A stretch of 64,000 nt of DNA from Trypanosoma brucei (taxonomy: Eukaryota). Location: the NCBI GenBank assembly GCA_000002445.1, contig CM000208.1, positions 288,001-352,000 on the forward strand, given 5' to 3'. Of this stretch, positions 1-10,344 are shown piece by piece. The position numbers and the translations under genes were made by a program. Each line of letters opens with the position of its first letter. Position 1 is the first letter of the stretch. Under the pieces are notes generated by a model. That model was not told where the DNA came from, did no database searches, and worked only from the letters and a program-made list of their open reading frames with translations.

Positions 1-378
1 ACGGTGCAGCACATTCCTTTCATGGCAAAAACGGACTCCGCTAAGAAGGCTGCGCATAAACTCTTGGATGGTGCCCGCGTCCAAGTCACCGCCCACGTGG
101 TCCATGTATTTCTTGAGATCCATCTCCATGCACTCAAACACAAGCGTGAGTCGTTTCTCGCTATGGCAAACGTCCAACAACCTCACGATGTTCTCGTGAC
201 GAAGCTCCTTCAGGATGGAGATCTCCCGAATAGCGGTGCATGGAACACCTTCCTCCTCCTTTTCTAGGCGAATGCGCTTAACCGCAACGATAGTCCCAGT
301 TGTAACATCACGGGCTCTGAACACCACACCGTACGATCCCTCGCCAATCTTCTGAAGCCGCTCGTAACGACTCCCCAT
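1..378 (-). CDS. CRK1: CDC2-related protein kinase CRK1, N-terminal 126 aa. Partial: the ATG is at 376-378 (minus strand) and the CDS continues beyond the window start.
   Basis: Reverse-complement translation from 378 gives MGSRYERLQKIGEGSYGVVFRARDVTTGTIVAVKRIRLEKEEEGVPCTAIREISILKELRHENIVRLL...CHERNVLHR. This carries the kinase Gly-loop GEGSYGVV, the VAVK lysine and the PCTAIRE cyclin-binding variant typical of trypanosomatid CRK1. The ORF track missed it because it runs off the window edge. Confidence 0.8.
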   Translation of the reverse strand, partial: MGSRYERLQKIGEGSYGVVFRARDVTTGTIVAVKRIRLEKEEEGVPCTAIREISILKELRHENIVRLLDVCHSEKRLTLVFECMEMDLKKYMDHVGGDLDAGTIQEFMRSLLSGVRFCHERNVLHR

Positions 379-1140
379 TCTATCCAATTATTGAGACTCT
401 CTCTGCTTGTTATACCGAACAAGCTCCCTACTGCTCCTTTCTGATTCCCCACCCCACAGACTTACGCAGATGTTAGTCTTCAGTGTGAAATATTGTCGCA
501 GCAAATTACAAACAAGGCCAAATATGCGGCCACAACGCCTCAAGCTAAACCACGAAAAAAAAAAAATAGGGGGACGTACCCGCACTTATTTCACGGTGGC
601 CGTCCGCTCGGAATTGTGGCAATCCTGAATAAAGGGTGCCACTCCTAAACCGATAATGCACCCTGAGGAGGCAAACGACAATGTGGTCAATCCCCCCCTT
701 TCCCACTGCACAGCCGCAACCGTATCAACCGACAAGAAACCTTTCAAAAAAAAAAAAAACAACACAAAAGGAAAAGCACCCCAACTAGTAAATGAACACG
801 ACTCTGCAAAAACGGGCTACGAACACACAAGAAGATCAAAAACGAAGAAGAGATAGAGACAGAGGACACAGTTGCGTAAAATAATGAAAAGTAACAAACA
901 TCATTGGAATACCTTCCCCGCATTCAATCCCAAGAGAAGAAACTGGCTGCAGATCCTCATCACGAGCACCGCAACGACAGCCCCTCAACACAGAGTCGCG
1001 TGTGGGCTGACGCATACGGAGAGAGGTTCCTGGGTATGAAAGTAGAATAAAAGACATGCAAAAAAAAAGTGGGGAAAAATAAGAAATCCACGACACCACC
1101 CGCACAGTTTCCTGCAGGGTTATTCCATTGATGCACTTTC

Positions 1141-1572
1141 CTAGTTACGTGGCTTCTCCTTCTTCTGACGGTACAAAGCGTACAACCCGACACTGGAGAC
1201 CTTCACGATCTTAAATCGCACCCCGGGAATATCACCAACGGCGTGACCGGAACGACCGAAACCAGAGACCAGCACCTCGTCATTCTCCTCGATAAAGTGC
1301 AGGCAACCATCATTGGGAACGAAAGCGATGATCTTCTTGTCATTCTTGATCAGCTGCACACGAACGCACTTACGAATGGCAGAGTTGGGTTGTTTCGCTC
1401 CAACGCCAATCTTCTCCAACACGATGCCCTTGGCATGCGATGAACCACCGAATGGGTTGGCCTTCTGTGCCACAAATGTGTGGGACTTCTTCCAACCCTT
1501 GTCTGCCCAGCGGTTCTTACGGCGCAGGCGGACGAGCTTACGAGCTGCGTGCTGTCCGTTGGTCTTCGTCAT
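1141..1572 (-). CDS. RPS23: 40S ribosomal protein S23 (uS12), copy 1
   Basis: 143 aa: [33 protein letters not shown]...[41 protein letters not shown]...FVPNDGC...[32 protein letters not shown]. This is a near-canonical eukaryotic S23/bacterial S12 family sequence. Confidence 0.9.
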   Translation of the reverse strand: MTKTNGQHAARKLVRLRRKNRWADKGWKKSHTFVAQKANPFGGSSHAKGIVLEKIGVGAKQPNSAIRKCVRVQLIKNDKKIIAFVPNDGCLHFIEENDEVLVSGFGRSGHAVGDIPGVRFKIVKVSSVGLYALYRQKKEKPRN

Positions 1573-1744
1573 GGTGTCCTACTTTTCCTTCAGCAAGCGA
1601 ATGAGTGGCGAACGGAAAGGAGATACAGTACGTTACTGAACGGTAGCACGTGGACTTCTCAGGGCCCACAAATCCCTTGCGACCACCCCATCACTACCGG
1701 GCCCGGTGTGGTACCAGGACAAGGAAGTGGCAAAAGACAGCTGA

Positions 1745-1860
1745 CCAACGCTGCAATCAAGCAGTGTAAAGAATTAAAAAAGAAAATTCAAGCTTAAATG
1801 ACGAAATCAACGAAAAAAAAAGTTACGCAAGGGAAACAAAACAAAAAATGAAACCCCTGG
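1745..1860 (-). promoter_or_regulatory. Inter-copy processing region. A purine-rich plus strand means a polypyrimidine tract on the mRNA strand, a candidate signal coupling polyadenylation of the upstream RPS23 copy to SL trans-splicing of the downstream copy.
   Basis: gaattaaaaaagaaaattcaagc...aacgaaaaaaaaagttacgcaagggaaacaaaacaaaaaatgaaa lies between the stop of copy 2 (1953) and the ATG of copy 1 (1572). Trypanosomatid mRNA processing is directed by polyY tracts. Confidence 0.4.
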
Positions 1861-1952
1861 AGGACATCAAGAACTTCTTCACTACACCACCGTGGTTGAA
1901 CAGTGAACCGTCCAAACAGTTTCCTGCAGGGTTATTCCATTGATGCACTTTC

Positions 1953-2384
1953 CTAGTTACGTGGCTTCTCCTTCTTCTGACGGTACAAAGCGTACAACCC
2001 GACACTGGAGACCTTCACGATCTTAAATCGCACCCCGGGAATATCACCAACGGCGTGACCGGAACGACCGAAACCAGAGACCAGCACCTCGTCATTCTCC
2101 TCGATAAAGTGCAGGCAACCATCATTGGGAACGAAAGCGATGATCTTCTTGTCATTCTTGATCAGCTGCACACGAACGCACTTACGAATGGCAGAGTTGG
2201 GTTGTTTCGCTCCAACGCCAATCTTCTCCAACACGATGCCCTTGGCATGCGATGAACCACCGAATGGGTTGGCCTTCTGTGCCACAAATGTGTGGGACTT
2301 CTTCCAACCCTTGTCTGCCCAGCGGTTCTTACGGCGCAGGCGGACGAGCTTACGAGCTGCGTGCTGTCCGTTGGTCTTCGTCAT
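1953..2384 (-). CDS. RPS23: 40S ribosomal protein S23 (uS12), copy 2; identical protein to copy 1
   Basis: Same 143-aa translation as 1141..1572; the nucleotide sequence is identical across the CDS. Confidence 0.9.
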   Translation of the reverse strand: MTKTNGQHAARKLVRLRRKNRWADKGWKKSHTFVAQKANPFGGSSHAKGIVLEKIGVGAKQPNSAIRKCVRVQLIKNDKKIIAFVPNDGCLHFIEENDEVLVSGFGRSGHAVGDIPGVRFKIVKVSSVGLYALYRQKKEKPRN

Positions 2385-2439
2385 GGTGTCCCTCTGCGAG
2401 AGATTGTTTCCCCGTCTGCAGAGGTGAGTTTTTGCGTTT

Positions 2440-2530
2440 GGAAAAAAGGTTTAAGAAGAAAAAAGTCAAAAAAAAAAAGAGAGAGGAGAACAGAGGTAGA
2501 CACATGTGTGAGAGGAACAAGGAAAGCAAG
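2440..2530 (-). promoter_or_regulatory. Polypyrimidine tract (mRNA strand) 56-146 nt upstream of RPS23 copy 2. A candidate SL-acceptor AG sits near 2416-2417.
   Basis: The plus strand reads gtttaagaagaaaaaagtcaaaaaaaaaaagagagaggagaacagaggtagacacatgtgtgagaggaacaaggaaagcaagc. The first AG on the minus strand downstream of it is at ctgcag (2416-2419). Confidence 0.4.
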
Positions 2531-2845
2531 CACATAATCATTTCAAGGAGGAACTGAAACTGCCCGTGGCATGGCTACACGGTTTGGTGTATATAAACCA
2601 CTTTTTGTCCCTCACTCCTCCACCGGGGCAGAAATGAATTTCAGAAAAAAAGAGGTAAAAAGAAGAAATGACGAAAAGAAATAAAACTGTTACCGTGCTA
2701 ATTGGCAAAGCATGATGCACATTAAACTCCCACCAACGAACTCATACCCCTAATGCAGCAATAGCACGGACCAACACAGAGACCACATCTCTTGAAGACG
2801 TCAGACATCAAGAAAGCAACAACCAAAGAGTAGAGGAGACAAACT

Positions 2846-3415
2846 CTACTCATCAACTTCGATGTTGGTCTTTGTCTGCACGTAGATGCCGTCCAAGAAC
2901 TTACGGATATCCTTCTTCTTCACTAGGCAGAGCTGATGCATCACAGCAGCCTCACGAGACACCTGTTCCAAGTCATTCCCCTCAAGCACGAGTTCATCCT
3001 TGACAAGTGCAGCATCTGTACGATAGACCTTCACATCGTCTGCCACCACCTGTCGGCGGACACGCTTCTCCCCAAGGAAGTTACGGATCTCCACCAATTG
3101 GTTTTCCACCGTCACGGAAATGGGAAAGTGAGCGTATGCGAAGCGCACTTTGAAGCGGAAGCCTTTTGTAACACCCGTGATCATGTTGCGCACGTGCGAG
3201 AGAGCGGTGTTGATGGTTGAGTTATTGATCTTGTTACCAAACCAACGAACTGCGGTGAAGGTACGGAGCTTCTTGTTTACGCGGAAGTCAAGCTGTAGAT
3301 GACGCAAGTCCTTTGTGAGCGTGCCACGCTTCCCCTTCACCGTTACGATGCGGTCTTTTACGGAGACGGTGACATCTTCGGGGAAGGTGATTTGGTCGTG
3401 CGACTTGATCTTCAT
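2846..3415 (-). CDS. RPL9: 60S ribosomal protein L9 (uL6)
   Basis: 189 aa: MKIKSHDQITFPEDVTVSVKDRIVTVKGKRGTLTKDLRHL...VRNMITGVTKGFRFKVRFAYAHFPISV...VEIRNFLGEKRVRR...LEGNDLEQVS...KKKDIRKFLDGIYV. It aligns along its whole length with eukaryotic L9 (e.g. ...IRNFLGEKYIRRV..., ...KNKDIRKFLDGIYVSE). Confidence 0.9.
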   Translation of the reverse strand: MKIKSHDQITFPEDVTVSVKDRIVTVKGKRGTLTKDLRHLQLDFRVNKKLRTFTAVRWFGNKINNSTINTALSHVRNMITGVTKGFRFKVRFAYAHFPISVTVENQLVEIRNFLGEKRVRRQVVADDVKVYRTDAALVKDELVLEGNDLEQVSREAAVMHQLCLVKKKDIRKFLDGIYVQTKTNIEVDE

Positions 3416-4802
3416 GTCTCAGTCTTCCCCTCCCTCTTATCTTCTGCTGTTTAGTGGCTGATTTGGACGAATCCTTTCTCAGCTCAGTATTCGCGCAGTC
3501 GTATGTAGCGGCCACGTGAGCGTGACCAACTGGTTCTCTGACGAGAGGAAAGTACGGGAGGCTCAAGCTCTCAACGCTTTGACTATCAGTACCAAGAGGT
3601 AAAATTTTTTTGAGGAAAGAAAGAAGCATAAAAAGTGGCAAGTACAGTACTTGGCAGGTGGGCAAAAGGTCGACAGTTATCACAGGATTGTGCAGTGGCA
3701 TGAAGATATGTGGCTCACAAGGAAAGCACACAAAAATAACTGAAGTGAGCTTTTAAAAATAATAATAAGGAAAACAAGCGAACAAATATAGAAATGGAAC
3801 TGATCAAAAGAATAAACTAGAGCAACCCATGCATCCCCTTTCGTTTTCCCCTTCACACGTGCGTGACATCTAAAAATGCAATAAAAAACGATAACACCAT
3901 TACAACCCTTAACTACACACTACTGCAGTACCTTATGAAGTAGAAATATGGAGGAAAGTAACAGTTGCCAAAGCGCTTCGCTCGATAGGTGTACTCGGTT
4001 CGCTCCTCCACGCATTGTTACTTCCATCTCAAGATTTTCCCCTCCCCCCCCCACACACACTTTTTTCCCTTCCTTTCCTCGTGGGATAGGGAAAGCGAAC
4101 CTTTAATGGCATTATTAATACAATAGAGGAATATCCAGTAGAAAAAAAAAAGGTCGGATGCATCCCAGAAAGGTGAGAAAAGTCAAAACAAGACGATGCA
4201 ACGCGGGACATCGCAGTCGGAATGATAAAGAAACAGGGAGGGACAAACTCACAAAAAATATTTCTCCCCACAATAACAACATTTGAGAGGGAAAAAAAGG
4301 AATAAAATTTATTTACCCCCACAAAAAGGCAAGAAAGAGCAACGACACACTTGAAGCAGTGTGTCATGCCAGGATCAAACAGAGAAGCAATTGACCTCTC
4401 CTAACCCCGCTCCCCAAACACATACACACATTAACCTAAACACTTAAATTTTTTTTTACCGAGAGTGATAGTAACAAAACAATGACAGCCGTAGAGTTGA
4501 GCTTGCGCAAAGGTCCGCATGTCGCTTAACATACATCCACGCTTTTTTTTTTTAATTCTCCTGCCGCTATACACTTTTCCCGGTAGTCACTACAAATATC
4601 ATGCACTCAATCGTCAGCTTTTTTTCGTGACGTAAAAAGTGACTACATCACAGATGTCACCACTCGCTGTACAACGAAATGTGCGGCGGGCACCCGCAAC
4701 CGCTGTAACGTCTTCCTCTTGGATTTTCCAGTGGAAAACCAGCGAGGGATGATATGTGCAGTTCCACGGAAAAGCAAAGCAAGGAATAGAACTAAAGAAA
4801 AA

Positions 4803-4812
<10 letters not shown>

Positions 4813-4839
<27 letters not shown>
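4813..4839. repeat. (AT)13 microsatellite in the RPL9-kinesin intergenic region
   Basis: caatatatatatatatatatatatatatatatac. Confidence 0.9.
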
Positions 4840-4947
4840 CTAGACAAATTGAGATTAAATTTAATAAAAAACAAATAACTCAAAAAAATAAAAGCAAAAG
4901 GGAAAAGACTATCAGCCCAATTATGAAACGATTTCCGTCTTTTCCCC

Positions 4948-7900
4948 CTACACCGGCAAAAAACTACAGGAACTCATGCTCTTTCCATTCCGCCCCTCAC
5001 ATACACTGGAAGACTTCGACGCCATGTTTGACAGGTGACATGGTTTGCCATGGGCCATGTTACCAAGCGCAGCGAAAGTTTTTGATCGACTGAATCGGGT
5101 GCACGCCTTCGTCAAAGCACGGGGCTGCAGCTCCCTCTCCGAAAAGTATGCAGTGCTCAAATTTCGAGCGTAATTGAAGGTGCGGCTGCGACGTGGCAGT
5201 CCCGTGCTGGCAGCAACGGTAATGTCAGCCTCCGAAACGGGTACCACTATTATCCTAGACCGCCTGCCAAACTTCTCGACGGTGGAGCCTGACGGTTTCT
5301 CAGAAGCGGAATTTGACTGACTCTGTTTTTGAAGGTGCCCCGACTTGCTCAACCTCATGGGCTCTCTGGAGGGGAAGTCAAGTGGCGTGAAGGTGGTATT
5401 TGGAGCCAAGCTCAGAAACGTTAGTCCACTTTCTTGGGATGGTGAGTGCAGTGTACTGGATGCAGACGTGCCTCGAAAGGAAGTTGACCCCGGTGGACAC
5501 TTTTTCCACTTAGTCATCGCGTTACCCAATGTGCTGTTCTTTACGCGAGCAGAGAGTTTTCCAAGAATGTTTCTACTCGCCGTCACCGTGATGTCCGTGG
5601 CACCAATGTTCTTGCCGCTTCTGGGGATTTCCTTACCGAGGGTTGAGGCTCGTCTCTCATCCGGTAGCAAGTTCTGACACGATGTGGCGTTCGTGTTGAC
5701 GAGACTTTCCTGCCGTACCAGTCGGGCAATTTGCATGACATGATCTCTATTACGAATCAGTTCCACATAACAGATATGATCCGTCTTGGCTGCAACGTCC
5801 CAGTGGTCGTACCAAATGAGTAATCCATACAATGCATCCCCTGCTTGGCGGCGCCGGTGGCTGACGAGGCCCGAAAGGATGTCAGCCTCAGTCACCGTCC
5901 AATCCGCACCAACGCATTGGGGCTTCCGAGCAATTCCGCTGATCGTCCCACGCAGCTTGTGCATGTAATAACGGAATTGAGTTTCAGGGCGAAGATGCAC
6001 AGCAGGTGCAATTAAAGCGAATCGATGTAGGCTTTGACGATTCAAAACATAGAGTTCCACCTTTAAACGATCCAGCAGAATGCGTAACCCCATGAGAACA
6101 AGTGTGATCATTTCCCCAGTAAACTTGAAGTCTGGCGGAGAGGTGGAGTGGCAACCCTGGCCACCAAAACCGCTCATCGCCTCATTAATGAGTTCTTCAA
6201 CACGCTGATACAAGTCGTTGGCATCTTTGAAGCCATTGGGGCCGTTATCTTGTACCTTTTCTCGGAGGCAACTCAATGTGTAACGCAATTCCTCAACTTT
6301 ACAAGCAAGGGAGGCAGCGCGCCTGTCGTATTCCCGCTGCTGTTGCTTGAGCAACATCCGTTGTTCCTGGAGAAGTGTCACCTTGTTGTCAAGTGATTTC
6401 TTCCTTATGTTGGAGTCGGCCTGGTCAGTAGTCCACAGGTTCATGTCTGATGCATCACGCTTCCTTCCTGCCTCAACTAACTGCCTGCTTCTCACACTGG
6501 AAACAGCCATTCGTTCCGCCATTTTCTCGGTAGTGGGGCTCTCCCGCTTCTTTGCATTCATCTTCAAGTCATTCACATCACCTTGAACGCGGAAAACAAG
6601 ACCCTTGTAATGTTCACCTTCATCTCTCTCACGGTTGACATCGGTGACAAGCTGGTTTTTCTCTCTCTCCAAACCAACCAGTACGGTCCCTACTACAAAC
6701 ACTGATTCTGCTGCAGTTTCCTTCTCAGAGTGTTCAACAACGCTTGTGTTAGCAGGGAAGTCGGGGACATGTTCCTTCAGAAACTGCTGCGCCCGAGTGT
6801 CACTGAGTTCCAAGTGGAGATCGTCCCGTGAAGCCTGCACAACACCCCTTGTCCGCCCCTCACCGCTCGTCAAACTAACGTTGGTGCTGCTTCTGCTCCC
6901 ACTTGTGAAGGTCCCACGGGCGACGGACCCCATCGCCCGCCGCTTCCACATGCGAGTTAAAGCACGAAGCATCAGAATCTTTTCCGCCATTATGGGGAAT
7001 TGCTCATTCATCTCAAACTCACTCACCACACTCACCTCCATGAGTGCCCCCTCCATGCTGTGTAGGATCGCTCCCAAATTACTTATTTCCCCTTTCAGTT
7101 TGCTGTGATCCGCCGCGGAGTCGAGGAACTCCTTCGTCAGCTGCGACAACTCGTCCTTTAGCTGCGCTTCACTGAGTTCAAGTTCCGTGTTCGCATCCTG
7201 AGCAATGCGCAACTTACTCTCCAGCACGCTTTTCTGTCCACGTAAATCTTCGACAGAGCGTTCGAGTGAGCGGATGCGCACCCACAGCTCACGCTCACGT
7301 ACACCATCGGATGTTAAATGAAAAATATTGGCATTCGCCGAGTAGCCCACTACTGTGTCCGCATTTAACTCGGAGCAAAAATCGCCCACGAGAGACATCC
7401 TTGTTCCGGGGAGCGGGCTCGTTCGTGCACCCTCACGCGGGTGTGGCCCATTCCGCAAAGGATTAGCTGCACCACTGGGTGTCGATGTCTTCGATTCTCG
7501 CAGCCCCTTTACTTTTCGCTCTCCACCGTCAAATTCATCTCCCCCCTTTTGATATGGCATATGGACAATAGTGTCAGTTCCTTTCTCAACCCTTACCACA
7601 GCTTCATCGCCGCAACCGATGAATTTGATGCCCTTCCCATCCTCCATAATTCCTGATTCCATCGGCGGAGAGTTTACTACATTTGCCGTTACAGGCTGCG
7701 ACAGGGACGAACTGCGCTCCAGTTCAGCAAGACACCGCGCCACTTCCCCGAATTCGACGCTACGCTTCGCAAACCTCCAGCTACACACTTCACTCTCCCG
7801 CAAGCAATCCCTTTGACTCTCTGCCAATGCACCAGCGCCGACACTACAGCACTTCCAGTTAGAGGTACGCTGGAAGGCATGTGCTGCGGTACTCATATCC

Positions 7901-10344
7901 ATAGGTTTGACAGAGTGCATGTGAGTATGAATGTGGTCCCCGTATGGCAGCATAGGACGGGGTAAAGGTGAAGTTTCGTTGTCATAATGAGCGTCAAAAC
8001 CTCGGCTGTTAGGTGTGTAGCAGCTATGCCTATCGCTACCACCATCACTTTTCTCCTTCACCGTTTCAGATCCCTGCCGCAACAGCGGCACACCCATGAG
8101 CTGGCACTGGTAGTCAACGCTTTGTGCTTGCCACCGCAGCACCTCAAGGAGATTTGTTCTGTTGTGCTTCAGCTGCGAAAGTTGTTCCTCCGCGGACCCC
8201 GGTGCGGAAACAGGCGCCAACTGCGATGCAATGTCCTCCGGCATGTCGTTACTTTCCATATATCGACCATGGCGTGCAAGACAGTTAGCGTCCACGTAAT
8301 GGAAAGTCACGAAACTCTTCTCAGAGTCATCCCCAACACTGTCAATGTAAACACAAAACACATCACCATGCGTCAAGCTCCATTGGTCACCATCACTGTG
8401 TTTAATGCCGTTCATATGGCAAACGACTTTTTTGTGAAGAACAGCCTCATCGCCTTCTTTACAGGGAGGGACATACCGAACCCAGTAGCGCCGTTCACAC
8501 GAGTTACTTGGCATCCTCTCAAACTCCACTAATCCATGGCTAGTCTCCAAACATTTCAGTTGAGGTATCTTTGGCCTCGCCACAAGTTGTCCACTACCTT
8601 CAGCGCCGCTCAAGAGATCTGAAAGGTGAAACTGCACAACGTTCCTTGTCAGTGAAGAGATACCGATCCTGCTACCCTCCACATTTGCCACACCTATACC
8701 CGTGGAGTTTTTATATTTCCTGTGAACCGTGACAACTAGTGGCACAGCACAGTGATCAGCTGTGGAAAAAACAGCCTCACTCACAGTACCGTACCGCTTT
8801 ATCGGAGCGCCGCAGCGCAATGTTTTGTGCGGAATAGTCCCACAAATGGTAATCTCACCACTGTCGCTGTCCCTTGCATCACTCTCAGACAGAAGACCAT
8901 CAATGGAATGGCCGCTTCCAGCAACTTTTAGGAGGTTCTCAACGTGCTGTCGCAGCTTTTCATTCTCCTGCTTCAGCGCCGCGTTTAGCTCCAGTAGACT
9001 ATTACGAGTTTGAAAGGTTGTGTTCACAACTGGCCTATTGCGTATCTTGCGCACGCCCTTGGCATACTGCATAGTGGCACACGATTCCTGGTAACAGAAA
9101 GCAACGGGGGATATCGTGGCAATCATGAAGGTTTTACTGTTTCCACCCAGGTAGTCCCTCAGAACCATCGTGAGGAGCGAGTCGCGATAGTTCACGTACT
9201 TAGAGCCTTGAGAAATTTCGTTGATGACACGCGAGAGGGTGGTAAGGGACTGGTTGATCTCAATTCCTTCATCACGACTCTTCCCGTCGGTTTTCGCAGT
9301 CTTCTGTCGCTCACTTCCCGCCAAGTCAACAATGTTGAGCAGTGCGTTGAGTTCCACAGTCTCCCTCGTCACCTTATCTGTACGCCATTGAGTGACGTGC
9401 AACTGAAGTATAGTATGGCTACGGCTGCTGTGTGCATTCATTCCCGTTTCCCCTGTCTGTCGCCTGCCAAAGCCCAACTCCACCAGCGGCATCGCCTTAT
9501 CTGCCGCCGTAACAAAATGCCTTTGTAGTTCATGTATAACCAACGCCTCTCTGCCGCTACTGTCTCGCACGAACGTCACACGAAGCGGGCCCTTGCGGGA
9601 GAAGAGACAAAACGCCTCGTTCTGGTAGATCTCGAAGAAGGACAGTTGTACGCGGAACGAATAATCCGTCTCCGTGTTTTCTTCATAGTTACGCTTTATG
9701 GCCTCGAGGCGCATAAACAAGTCATCCATGGTGCGTGGGACAACACCGGGGTCCCGCTGAATATAGGCAGCATCTCCAAAAAGGGTGTAAGTCTTACCAC
9801 TGCCTGTTTGGCCGTACGCAAACACACAAGAGTTGATGCCTTCCACAGCTGCCGATACAGCGTGCACGGCAGTGGAAAGGTAGACATCCTCCTGCGATCC
9901 GTATTCCGGTGGGCGAATGAAGTCGCTGTTTCGAACAATCGGCATTTGCAACATGGAGTCTGCGTCCATCGACGCAAGACAGTTGTCAAACTCGAAGTAG
10001 TTTGCCGTTGCAGTGGACATTAACGGTCGACGCTTGGAGTGTTTACCCACGGTGCGCAGTGAACGGCCCACAAGAAGTTGAACGACATGCTGCGCATCAC
10101 GCACCGCGCACGCAGCATCGTCCAGCGATTTTGGGTCGTGCAAGGCAACAATATTCTCAAGTGTAGAAACGCAAATGCGCTGCGATGCCCGTGTGGTGCT
10201 TCGCGGGGGTCGATGCCTGGGGCTCATCCTGCCTGCGCCGCATTTCCTGCTGCTGCAACTCAGTTCCAGTTCCGATAGCGTCGGGACGGAGCGGACGCGC
10301 AAACAAACATAAATATATCCGTTGTCTGGGTACTCGATTGCCAT
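4948..10344 (-). CDS. Kinesin-like protein, 1798 aa. The motor domain is N-terminal (about aa 70-430) with a long coiled-coil/low-complexity tail. The true start may be an internal Met.
   Basis: The motor shows the P-loop GQTGSGKTYTLFGD, switch I NAHSSRSHTIL, switch II LVDLAGSERQ and neck ...ISPVAFCYQESCATMQYA. The tail is rich in heptad-like E/K/L stretches. The first Met at 10344 (MAIEYPDNGYIYV...) may be spurious; MSPRHRPP... and MSTATANYFEFDNC... are alternative starts. Confidence 0.85.
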   Translation of the reverse strand: MAIEYPDNGYIYVCLRVRSVPTLSELELSCSSRKCGAGRMSPRHRPPRSTTRASQRICVSTLENIVALHDPKSLDDAACAVRDAQHVVQLLVGRSLRTVGKHSKRRPLMSTATANYFEFDNCLASMDADSMLQMPIVRNSDFIRPPEYGSQEDVYLSTAVHAVSAAVEGINSCVFAYGQTGSGKTYTLFGDAAYIQRDPGVVPRTMDDLFMRLEAIKRNYEENTETDYSFRVQLSFFEIYQNEAFCLFSRKGPLRVTFVRDSSGREALVIHELQRHFVTAADKAMPLVELGFGRRQTGETGMNAHSSRSHTILQLHVTQWRTDKVTRETVELNALLNIVDLAGSERQKTAKTDGKSRDEGIEINQSLTTLSRVINEISQGSKYVNYRDSLLTMVLRDYLGGNSKTFMIATISPVAFCYQESCATMQYAKGVRKIRNRPVVNTTFQTRNSLLELNAALKQENEKLRQHVENLLKVAGSGHSIDGLLSESDARDSDSGEITICGTIPHKTLRCGAPIKRYGTVSEAVFSTADHCAVPLVVTVHRKYKNSTGIGVANVEGSRIGISSLTRNVVQFHLSDLLSGAEGSGQLVARPKIPQLKCLETSHGLVEFERMPSNSCERRYWVRYVPPCKEGDEAVLHKKVVCHMNGIKHSDGDQWSLTHGDVFCVYIDSVGDDSEKSFVTFHYVDANCLARHGRYMESNDMPEDIASQLAPVSAPGSAEEQLSQLKHNRTNLLEVLRWQAQSVDYQCQLMGVPLLRQGSETVKEKSDGGSDRHSCYTPNSRGFDAHYDNETSPLPRPMLPYGDHIHTHMHSVKPMDMSTAAHAFQRTSNWKCCSVGAGALAESQRDCLRESEVCSWRFAKRSVEFGEVARCLAELERSSSLSQPVTANVVNSPPMESGIMEDGKGIKFIGCGDEAVVRVEKGTDTIVHMPYQKGGDEFDGGERKVKGLRESKTSTPSGAANPLRNGPHPREGARTSPLPGTRMSLVGDFCSELNADTVVGYSANANIFHLTSDGVRERELWVRIRSLERSVEDLRGQKSVLESKLRIAQDANTELELSEAQLKDELSQLTKEFLDSAADHSKLKGEISNLGAILHSMEGALMEVSVVSEFEMNEQFPIMAEKILMLRALTRMWKRRAMGSVARGTFTSGSRSSTNVSLTSGEGRTRGVVQASRDDLHLELSDTRAQQFLKEHVPDFPANTSVVEHSEKETAAESVFVVGTVLVGLEREKNQLVTDVNRERDEGEHYKGLVFRVQGDVNDLKMNAKKRESPTTEKMAERMAVSSVRSRQLVEAGRKRDASDMNLWTTDQADSNIRKKSLDNKVTLLQEQRMLLKQQQREYDRRAASLACKVEELRYTLSCLREKVQDNGPNGFKDANDLYQRVEELINEAMSGFGGQGCHSTSPPDFKFTGEMITLVLMGLRILLDRLKVELYVLNRQSLHRFALIAPAVHLRPETQFRYYMHKLRGTISGIARKPQCVGADWTVTEADILSGLVSHRRRQAGDALYGLLIWYDHWDVAAKTDHICYVELIRNRDHVMQIARLVRQESLVNTNATSCQNLLPDERRASTLGKEIPRSGKNIGATDITVTASRNILGKLSARVKNSTLGNAMTKWKKCPPGSTSFRGTSASSTLHSPSQESGLTFLSLAPNTTFTPLDFPSREPMRLSKSGHLQKQSQSNSASEKPSGSTVEKFGRRSRIIVVPVSEADITVAASTGLPRRSRTFNYARNLSTAYFSERELQPRALTKACTRFSRSKTFAALGNMAHGKPCHLSNMASKSSSVCEGRNGKSMSSCSFLPV

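Larger units (their letters stand above)
1098..2392 (-). repeat. Tandem duplication of two ~483-bp units (about 1098-1580 and 1918-2392; period 820 bp). Each unit carries the RPS23 CDS plus ~45 bp of 3' flank and ~8 bp of 5' flank.
   Basis: Both copies share acagtttcctgcagggttattccattgatgcactttcctagttacgtggcttctcc before the stop and catggtgtcc at the ATG. Sequence diverges immediately outside these points. Confidence 0.85.

Noticed and set aside
4-452. Track ORFs 4..267 (+) and 264..452 (-)
   Set aside because: Both are out-of-frame or antisense overlaps of the recognisable CRK1 N-terminus encoded on the minus strand from 378 down to 1. Neither has recognisable similarity.
5345-10023. Multiple 100-180 aa plus-strand ORFs inside the kinesin gene (e.g. 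6635..7108, 7987..8532, 9010..9528, 9532..10023)
   Set aside because: They are antisense to a strongly supported coding gene and have no recognisable domains. Long antisense ORFs are expected in GC-moderate coding DNA.
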